Shown here: one piece after another, positions 1 to 9,495 of the stretch | How the letters are laid out: the number at the start of each line of letters is the position of its first letter | Position numbering within the stretch: position 1 is the stretch's first letter | Origin: Hyphochytrium catenoides | Taxonomy: Eukaryota > Protista > Hyphochytriomycota | Assembly: GCA_900088475.1 (NCBI GenBank) | Contig: FLMG01002943.1 | Span: forward strand, 1-39,019 | Direction: 5' to 3' | DNA length: 39,019 nucleotides | Made by a program: the position numbers and the translations under genes | The notes under the pieces: generated by a model | The model's database searches: none | What the model was told of the DNA's origin: nothing | Seen by the model: the letters and a program-made list of their open reading frames with translations, nothing else

Positions 1-531
1 TGGATCCTCTCTCTCTCTCTCTCTTTTTCTCTCTCTCTCTCTCTTCTCCAATCGCCTCTCCTCCTATCATCATCTCCCTACTCTTCTTCTCTCGTCCCTC
101 CTTTCCCCACACCAAGAACCAGCTTTGTTTCGTCTCCAAATCGCTCCCTGCTCTTCTCTTTCTCCCTCCCTTCTCTCTTCCCTTCTTTCTCTTGCCTCTC
201 TGGTACTAGCGTTGCCTGAATTCAAATAACGAGCCCACCATCGCCGTTCTCCGCCGCAGAGGAGAAGGGAAGACGGCGCGGCGATCGAAGAAGATTCAGA
301 GACAGCCTCGTCTCTGACAATAGCTTGGCGCCCCTGCGGTACGAAGATTGGCGACTGACTGGGGGAAAAGACTCAGGAGAGAAGAGAAGACAGAAGAGAG
401 AGAGAGAGGAAACCCTAAAAGAGAAATCTCCGTTTATCAATCGCTTGCCGTGCGGTCCGTGGCTTACCTTCAGTTGAAACTTCTCTCCCAGAGATTCGAG
501 GGTCGAGGGCAATAGACTTCTGCAAGTAAAC

Positions 532-1060
532 ATGGAAGTCACGAGAAAGTCTGTCACGTCAAGGTAATGAGACTTTGGGAGCTCCTCTCTCTCTTTCTTT
601 ACTAGTCTTTTCCTCTTCTTTTCTCTCTTTCTCTCTTGTCTCCCTTTTCTCTCTCTCTTCGCTCCCTCTCTCTCTTTTCTCTTCTCTTTGTCTCTCTTTT
701 CTCTCTCTCACTCCGCCCTCTCTTTCCCTTTTCTCTCTTTTCTCCCCTCTCTTTACTTTCCTCTCTCTCTTAGAGTTACACTTCTCTCTCCCTGCCCTCG
801 ATAAGATCCGTTTCGGTAGGCCAGTATGCTTGCACCCCTTCTTCTGAGGTCCAATGGACGCTCTTTCTCTTGCGTTTCATAGCGCTTCTCTCTCTACTTT
901 TTCTCAACTTGGGGACTTCTTTCTCTCGCTTTTCTAGTGGCAGGATGAGCACGGAGGTGATGTCTCCGGTGAAGACTCGCCGAGTGGAGGAGAAGTCGGA
1001 ACTCCAGGTGCGAACACCGAAGTTTTTCGCCTTTCCGTTGAACATCCAGACTGTGTCTTT

Positions 1061-1102
<42 letters not shown>

Positions 1103-1237
1103 GTGGAGCTTCTTCATTGTGTGCCTTACTACGCTGTCACTCGCTTTTCTCTCTCTCTCGTTCCACCTTTATCTCTTATTGCCTTGTACTTAGAAGGCCA
1201 TAACATCACTGGCAGTACCTCATTACCTCTCTTTCTT

Positions 1238-1272
<35 letters not shown>

Positions 1273-1482
1273 TTCTCATGCTATCGGCATCGTTTCCTTT
1301 CTCCCAAGTTCCTCAACAACCGTCTGGAAGCATATGTTCTCCGTGTGAAGGAGATGGATGACGCTCGCTCCCACCTGGACCATGAGCTGAAGACAATCTC
1401 AACCCGTTATCAGAAGGAGATGGATGCTCTGAGAGAGAGACTCTCCAGAGATGTAGACACCCTACGAAGGTCGATTAATCTC

Positions 1483-1514
<32 letters not shown>

Positions 1515-4348
1515 TTTTTTTGTAGGCTTTTTGGCCTCAACGGTTTTGTCTTCAACCTCCTAACTCTAAAGCCCTCGCTCTTCGTTTTTCTCTCTCTCTC
1601 TCTCTCTCTCTCTCGTTTTTAAGCATTTTGGTCTCAACTGTTTTGTCTTCAACCTCCTAACTCTGAAGTCCTCGCTCTTCTTTTCTCTCTCCTCTCTCTC
1701 TCTCTCCGTGCGACAGTGAGCTGGAGTATGAGATCGACCAGAAGACGGTGCATCAAGTGAAGGCAGAGGACCTGACCCTGCAAGTCGAGAAGATGACCGC
1801 TCAGGTTAGAATAACGTCTAAGCTGAACCTAGAAGAAGAAGAAGAGAGAGAGAGAGAGATGGACCGGGACGAGAAGGAAAGCTGTGCCTTTAAGAGAGAG
1901 ATGACAGGAGAGCCTCCAGAACTCAGTTGCTCTAGGAGTAGTAATCTCATCACGCTCTAATTCTCCACAACCTCTTCTCTCTTTTTTTGCCGTCTTTGTA
2001 GCTCGAGGAGCTGAAGGGCGCGCGAGAGCAGGCCGAACAGCTGGAGAGCCAGCTGAGAAAGGAAAGAGAGGCTCTGAGAGAGGCTCAGGGAGAAGTTGAA
2101 CGCATTTCTCCTGAGAATAAGACCCTAAAGAGAAGAATTGCTCTTATTGAGAACGAGAACTCCAAGCTTCAGGACACGTGAGTCTCTCTCTCTCTTTCTC
2201 TCTCTCGCTTCAAAGGTCCCTCAGGGACCTCCTGCCTTCATTATTTCCGATGCAGTTCCTCTCTCTCTCGGGACCCTTCCTTGTGCATCGGAAGCCCTGA
2301 CAACTCATGTTGAAGGCTAAAAAACCTGGAAGAGAAGAGCTCTGAGCTACTGAAGGAAAACGCTGACCTGACGGCCACCAGAGACAAGCAACTTGGCGAG
2401 CTCACCAAGCAGGCGAATCAAAAAATGGTCCAGGCCAGGGAGCAATGGAAAAAGGAAGCGGAAGAGAGAATCTCTCAGGTGGGCTAAAGTACATTTAAAG
2501 AGAGGCAGGATATCTTCCTTGTCTCTATCTTCGTCTCTCTTTCCTTCGCATCTTTCTTTGTCATGACTGTGTCCGTCGTCTTCTTTCAAGTGTGCAACGT
2601 AGGCTTCTCACTGGGTCTTTCGTCCCCATGCTTGCCTGCTTTGCCCTCGTGCTATCCCTTTGTCTTTCATTCTCTATGTGTGAGATCTTCATCGCAGAAG
2701 TGTCTCTCTCCATTGTGGCGAATACCTTTCGTGTCTACTGACCAGTGCGTGTGTCTGTCTCTTTTCTCTTTCTTGTCACGCTCATTGCAGGTGGAGCAAG
2801 AGATCAAGTCACACTATGAGAAGACGATCAATAACATGGAAACCAGAGAGAAAGGAACCTCCAACGAGCTCAAGGGCGCCAGAGCGGAGATTGAGAGCCT
2901 CAACAGGCAGATTGAGACCCTACTCAAGACCAAGGATGTCAGTTATCTCTCTCTTTCTCTTACTCGCTCGCGTGCTCGCTCTCCTTGGACTCTCTCTTTG
3001 CTTTTGCGACGTTCTTCTCACGGCTCCTACCAAACAGGAGCTGGAGTTCAAGATTAAGCAGACTGAGGACGTTGGAAGAGAAGAAGCCAAGCGGTACAAG
3101 GACGAGATCAGGAGATTGGAGAAAGAAGTTTCCGCTCTTAGAGACTCTCAGGCAGAGTCAGAGAAACAGTTCAACGACCTCATGGATGTCAAGATCGGGC
3201 TCGACAATGGTATCCTGATCCTCTCTTCCTCCCGTCAAGCTAGCGCTCTCTCTCTCTCTCTCTCTCTTGACTCTCATCAGCGCATTTCTTCCTGCACTCT
3301 CTTATTCCTCCCCTTTTCATTTTCCTGTCTTTTCTAGCCCTCAATCTCCTTTATGCTGACACTGTCTCGTGCTATAGAAATCCGCCACTTTAAGGCAATT
3401 CTTGATATGGAGGAAGACAGAGTGGGCGTCTTCTCTCCTGAGAGAAAGAAGAGAAAGAAGTCTATAAAGACCCCAAAGAGCTCCGCCAAGAAGGCTCGCG
3501 TCGTTGCTGAGCCAGCTGTTCCTGACGTGGTCGTCCAGATGATTGATACAGAAAATGAGTGTGTGGTCATCAAGAATAACTCATCTGAGGCAAAGGATCT
3601 TTCTCACTGGACTCTCTCTAACAAAGCTGGAACCCAGGTCCGACCTATAGCGTCTGCTGCGCTCTCTTTCTTTCTTTTTCTCTTCTCTCTCTCTCTCTCT
3701 CTCTCTTTCCCCCTCGCCCCCCCCCTTAATTTTCAAGTCTGTTCCTGCGCTCTAACGTTACCTACTCTTTCTCTTGGCGACCCTGGAACTCTCGTAAAGA
3801 AGTCCTCTCCTCACTTTTCTCTCTTTCTCTCACTTTCCTCTCTCTTCTCTGTTCCCAAAATCCTACAGAAGTTTGAGTTCCCTGAGGGCTTCTCGATACC
3901 CGCGGATTCGAGCGTGCGCATCTGGAATGGAAAGAAGAACAAGTCAAAGCATTCTCCCCCTGAGAACATCTACTGGAGCTCTAAGTTTGTATGGAATGCA
4001 GATGGAGAGGCTGCACTGCTTCTCTCTCCTTCCGGAGACCTGGCCGCCTCCTCGGCTGGAGGCGAAGTGGCTGGAGGTGCTGAGACCGGCCCCTCTCAGG
4101 AATACGAGGAGGTGGAGGAGGAATATGAGGAAGAAGAGTACTACGAGGAAGAATACGAAGACGATCAGGCCGGAAAGGTAACTTCGTTGACTTGGCTTTG
4201 AAGTCCTTTTTGACGTCCATCTACCTGCCAAACATCCTTCTCTCCTGCATCCATCTGCCTCTTTCCCTCTCTTAATCTCTCGTCCTTTATCTAAAGACGT
4301 TGTCCTCTTGTGCAGGGAGATCAGGAGCAGAAGTGCACTATTATGTAA
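532..4348 (+). CDS. Nuclear lamin (B-type-like intermediate filament protein with lamin tail domain and CaaX box), 11 exons, 536 aa
   Basis: Exons 532-563, 938-1007, 1309-1469, 1717-1804, 2002-2177, 2316-2478, 2791-2937, 3038-3209, 3378-3637, 3869-4177, 4316-4348. All introns are GT-AG and phase-consistent, total 1611 nt. Head/coil 1A reads SPVKTRRVEEKSELQFLNNRLEAYVLRV (cf. lamin [28 protein letters not shown]). The IF end motif reads FNDLMDVKIGLDNEIRHFKAILDMEEDR. NLS is RKKRKK. The lamin tail domain reads VVIKNNSSEAKDLSHWTL...FEFPEGFSIPADSSVRIW...HSPPENIYW...VW. The C-terminus is CTIM-stop. Confidence 0.96.
1529..1680 (+). repeat. Direct repeat, two 55-bp copies (1529-1583, 1626-1680) in lamin intron 3
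   Basis: ttttggcctcaacggttttgtcttcaacctcctaactctaaagccctcgctcttc versus ttttggtctcaactgttttgtcttcaacctcctaactctgaagtcctcgctcttc; 4 mismatches. Confidence 0.95.
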
Positions 4349-4626
4349 TGCAGATAATCTCATAGACACATTTCCGCCATTGCGCGTCCCAGTTTACTTC
4401 ACGGCGTCTTTTGCACTCTCTCTCTCCCCCTCTCTCTCTCTCACGGTCTCTTTCCATCTCTCGCTTTCTTGCTATTAGTAACTGTCCTTGATGTAAAATG
4501 CCATTGTGAGGGGTCGAAAGCGTGAAAGCTGAACGAGCATGCATTGGGACCTGTAAGGCGCCTTCATTTTTATTAGGTTCGATAAGCATTAGCTCAGCTG
4601 AACACCGTCGCATTATAAGCCTTCCT

Positions 4627-7463
4627 TTATGTCGCTCGCCCGGCTGCCTCGACCCGTTGTTCCTTGAGCTTCTTCTTCTCCGCCTTCTTTCTTCTGATCT
4701 CCTGTAGTATCGCCTGTGCCTGCATCTCTTCCTCGACCATCTCTTGCTGCATCTGCAGCAATGCATCCTCCCAAGGCACGAGAGCCTTACCCATCATAAA
4801 CCGGCCGCTTTGCGGGTTGATCTGTGCAGTTTCAACCAGATAAGCCTTGCCCATCGTAGTTGACAGGTGTGCTTTCTGTTGAACAAAGAGGTCATTAGAA
4901 TCAACGGACAAGACGGCACTGCAGAGCTAGGAAAGTATGCAGAAGAGCGGAGAGTTGTGTCCAAGACACCTCGACAGGCTGCTGTGATGAATTTGAGGAG
5001 TAAAGAGAGCAGCCACCGTTGGGAACTAACCTTAATGAATGTGCCTTTAGCTCCCTCAGGCTTGGCTTGGGCAATAGCCATCTGAAGGATGCAGAAATAA
5101 GAAGATGCAGATGACCATGAGCGGGAAGCAGCTGAAGGTGTGTGGACAATGGTGGAAGAAGGTAAGCACAAGGGGTGGGGACAAAAGGGACAGCTCACGC
5201 TGACTGCTGACAATGCAAGTCCTAGATTTCACCCCCAAAGATACAAAGAGAAAGAGCAGACTCCTCTAGACAAATATTTCCGGCGTACAACACAGCTTGC
5301 TGACCCTGTTTTACCATGAAAGTCCTGATGTTCTCCAGAATCTTGTCCTCGTCCAGGTTTATCTATAAAGGAGAAGAAGAGAGAAGTCAGTGGAGATTCC
5401 TGCAGAGACTGTCAGAACTTCCTAGTCTCTTTCTGTAGCAAAGGGAGCCTTGTGAGCTACCGCTTCTAAATAAATGGCTTGGATCAACAAGGAAAAAGGA
5501 CAGCTTCATAAGAAGTTATCATTTACTAACCTTCCCGAGTCCAGCATGTAGGAGACCGTTCCTCTCGACTCTGAACTCGACCTGCCCTCCCTGTGCAGCC
5601 TAGTCGTGAAATGAAGAGAGTTAACAAGGTTGAAGAAGGGTGGCAAATGAACCGATCAGTGTACATTGACGCAACTAGCAGTAAAGTGGAGCTAGGCACG
5701 CAAAGAACAGAGGAGTAGATGGTGCGCTTTTTACAAAAGCAGGTTCCTTCAGACAAGTGAAAGACAAGATAAGCTTGTGACAAGTAGATTGACATCACGT
5801 GGAAGAGGACTCTCTTTGTCAGCAAGAAATCACTGATCCGGTTAAGAAGGGATGGTTACCTGAACAGCAGCTGCTACGTCTGTCGTCACAGTGCCGAGCT
5901 TTGGATTTGGCATTAACCCTCGCGGGCCCAGAATCTATAAGAGAGAGAAAGTAAGCAATCCGTAGCACGACCAAACGGCATGCATGAACCAATGGACAGA
6001 ACCAGGAGCAAAAGTGCTCGACGAAGCTAGAATAGAAGGCGAACTCTGGGCATAGAGAGGAAGGTAAGCAGCAAAAGCTAAGTCGAGATGAACATAGACA
6101 AAAAGAGAGACAAAAGCAGCGAGAGATCCCGGCAAGCCCCATCTTACTTTGCCTATTCTTCCCACGAGCGGCATCATGTCAGGAGTCGCGATACAGCGCT
6201 CGAAGCCGAGCTCTCCCTCTTGGATACTTTTCACAAGATCCTCTGCGCCGACAATGATGGCTCCAGCTGCCTTGGCTTCCTCTAAAATCACAGTGAAATA
6301 GAAAGAAGAAAAGAGAGGAGAAAAAAGGAGGAGTGAGAGGGCGGTAAGATACCATCCAACTGGAGCGCATTAACCCCGGCGCAATGCCAACGATCCCATC
6401 TGTAGCTTCTGCACTGTTGTTCACCCTTTGGGAGTCTTCCAATCTAGCGCCGTCTCTCTTGCTTCCTGATTATCTCTTTAGTCTTTCTTCCCAAGAATAA
6501 GCCCCACTTTGTCGTGGTCGTCTCATCGCCTCCTCGTCTTCCCTTTCTCATTTCATCGTTTGTCCGTTTTAGATACTTTGGACAGCCCTCTTTTCTCTCA
6601 TTTTGTTTTTCAGTGTGTCTCGGCATACTTACCAGCCTTAGCTCCACGAGCAAACACTGCGACTTTAATTGTCTTCCCTGTTCCATGAGGGAGCTGATAG
6701 GTTGTTAGAGAAGCAATAAGAAGAGAGAGAGAGAAGACACACTGGGCCTTGGTAGAAGGCAAGAATAGAGTTTGCGAGACATATTGACTGAAACTGGGAT
6801 TAGAATGAGAAAGTAGAGAACAGCAAACAAGGATAGCGTCAGGTCAGCTCAGACAAAAGGGTGAAGGCGCCTACCGTGACAACGCCTCTAACGCCCTGGT
6901 TGGGCTTTCTAGGATCCACTCCGAGCTTCACTACTATATCCACCGACTAATAACAGCCAAAGAGCGAGAGATAAAGCACTGATCAGTTCCAAGTCATTCA
7001 TTGAGATCAAGTCTACAAAAGAGAAGCGATTGGAGATGCAACGTGCTACATGGAAAAGTGGAAGGCCTAGTCTTAACTCACCTCAACGAATTTTCTATTT
7101 CTCTTCACACTATCAAGTTTTAGTCGGCGAACTGCTTCATTTACAGAAAAGACTTCCTGCAGAGGTTTGCTATCAGGCTCTGGCTGGCGTGAATGGAGAG
7201 GATCGGGGCAATCTCTCTTCGTCCTATATCCACCCACCCATACTCAGTGCGTAACTACTTCAGCTACTGACCTTCACTCTGTCCGCATTCGGATCATTAA
7301 AAGTAAGCTGTGCATGGTGAAATCCTCGTCTGTAGATTCGAGAAGACAAGTCAAATCAGTAACGCTTTAAGAGCCAGAGTCCTAAGATATAGGCCAGGGT
7401 GATGGACTACTACCTGGCCAGCAAGTGCCTGGGATTGTATAACAAGTGCCTTCCCCGATGCAT
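4627..7463 (-). CDS. MRPL1: Mitochondrial (bacterial-type) ribosomal protein uL1m, about 11 exons
   Basis: Minus-strand exons: 7414-7463, 7272-7329, 7082-~7216/7223 (junction uncertain), 6875-6946, 6633-6693, 6148-6281, 5860-5934, 5531-5599, 5315-5362, 5031-5081, 4627-4875. L1 motifs: [88 protein letters not shown]. The Arg-rich, acid-free N-terminus ([21 protein letters not shown]) resembles a mitochondrial presequence. Confidence 0.93.
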
Positions 7464-7599
7464 GGCTCTTGAAACACTGTTAATGTCCCCTGTACGGTCC
7501 TAGGCCCGCAATGTGCCACCCTCTGCCCCCAAGCGGACGAAAAAGCCGATAAGCTCCGGATATAGAGAGCTCTGGACGCAGATTTCTCTTAATCTCTTC

Positions 7600-8050
7600 A
7601 ATTCAGAGATTGATTGATTGGTTTAGTGGGGAGGACGGGAGGACAACACAGAGCTTAAAGCACCGCGCTTAATATTAACACCGTTTCAACCCTTTGACTA
7701 CCAAGAAGCAGGAGAAGAACCTTAAAGCACCATTGGGCATGAGATAATCGTAAATTGGTGATAGTAACTCTAAAATAGACGCATAAGTGCCGATATTGAA
7801 AAACGTATACTCTAAAACTTGGTCTGAACCGTTGCAAAATGGATTGATTAATGTCTGTCTCTCTTTTACCTATGACACTAAAGCTTCATTTCTTCTAATG
7901 TTTTCGCATTATTTACATTGTGACCAAACGTGAAGCGACATATTATTTCTTGAAGATAATGGGGGAATGAAGGGTGTTATTATTCCGAAGACTTAGGTAA
8001 ATCCTTGGCCATATTATAAATCCAGAATAATTATATTCGTCATAGCCTGC
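7600..8050. promoter_or_regulatory. AT-rich intergenic region between divergent uL1m and PH-domain genes (possible bidirectional promoter)
   Basis: Visibly AT-richer than its flanks (e.g. ttaatattaa, atattataaa) and located between two head-to-head genes. No specific motif identified. Confidence 0.3.
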
Positions 8051-8349
8051 CACGTAGAGTCTGCATTCTGAAACTCTCTTGAAGTCTTCAAGCGGAGGCT
8101 TCAACATCGCGAGGCAGATGCTTCCTCAGAAGAGACATCATCACCGATGATGATCTCTGTCGCTGCTTTAAAAAAGACGATGAGGAGGAGATCGAGGTTG
8201 GACAAATTGAGGTCTTGCTACCATTGACGCAAAGAAGTATCAACTCCATCTATAGACGAGAACTGTTTCTGGATCTTTCGAGTAGGAGATTGTTGAAGCA
8301 CTCGTTGGAGTGTTTGAGTGAAGTTAGACGTTCTGGTTGCATTTCTTAG

Positions 8350-9495
8350 GCCGATGCGAAGCATATGCAATCAGCAACTGGGCTGCTGCTAGACCTGGAT
8401 GGACGACCATTGGTGGGTAACTCCTTTGAAGCTCTGATTTGTCTACTCAGTCTTTTTAACATCGCTATGTAATGCGCGCCAGTCCTGACGTCTCTCCTGT
8501 TGCCAACGCTTTTGCACCGAGGCGGGCTGAAGCTGACAAGACTCTAAAAGAGAATCTATGGAGTCAAGTAAAGTCGGGATATCTGATCCGCCACTATGAG
8601 AGCAATCAGGCGGTGAGCGAACCCTTCTGTAGACCTAAGCTTGCTGAGGGTTGCCACTCTGCTGTGGGGATCTTCTCTTCTTGTCTCACAATTTCCCTCC
8701 TACTGTCGTCTCGCTGCAAGAAGTATATGGCTTCATTCTGTGAGTTTTTCCTACACGACACGAAACAAAACAGGTTCTGTGCTGACTTCCGGGACACAAT
8801 CTGCCCGTATTCAATACGTAGGAGCCTTTGTACTTTATGCTGAAGAATGGCAATCTGGAATACTTTACAAAGAAAGGCGGCAAATGGCTGGGAGAGCTAC
8901 AGCTTTCTGGAGCTCAGACAGAGATAGAGTTAGTCTCTGACGGCCAACGTTGCCCCTATCTTTTCAAGGTTCAAGTGTCCCGCAGACAGAAGGAGTTCCT
9001 CACAGGAGGAAAGGTCAAGGTCACTAAGGGCCCCGAAGATACCAAGGTAAGGAAGATCACACTCGGTGGCCTCACAAGTTCGCGTCTCTCTTCGTCTTGG
9101 ACTACCTATGTTCTTTGTCTCGTCCACCTTGTACTCTTTTGGCTTTATCCTTGACCTCATAATCTCCTCAGGTTTTCACGCTTAGTGCGCCATCAAGAAG
9201 AGCATTGAGCAGCTGGAAGGCTGCCTTCGAGAACTGGCAGAAGCGTTGTTGGCACGAAGCTTTCCCTTCCAGAATGAGGAACAGATCCCCACAGGAGCTG
9301 GCGGAGGCAGCATCAGAAGAGGAAGAGCTCCAAATCCTGGAGAGCTTCATCAAGGCCAACCGCTCAATAAAAAGGGCTCAGACGGCAGAGAAAGAACGCA
9401 GATCTGGGGCTTACCGACCCTACGCGCACCTTATATCTCCATCTCCTGCCATGGTTATGACTATAGAGAAGGCGGTACAGCCCCACACAGCTTAG
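8350..9495 (+). CDS. PH-domain protein A (5' end uncertain)
   Basis: Well-supported exons ~8541-8612, 8822-9046 and 9172-9495; probable exon 8350-8412. Spliced core VKSGYLIRHYESNQAEPLYFMLKNGNLEYFTKKGGKWLGELQLSG...CPYLFKV...VFTLSAPSRRALSSWKAAFENW has the pleckstrin-homology pattern (KxGYL, YFxL...LxYF, GxIxL, F.I, LxA.S...W). Confidence 0.8.

Noticed and set aside
575-1348. ORFs rich in LSLSLS or RERERE (575-847, 776-1117, 1103-1348 and dozens more across the window)
   Set aside because: These are translations of CT/GA microsatellites, which lack stop codons. They lie in introns or intergenic DNA of the spliced models.
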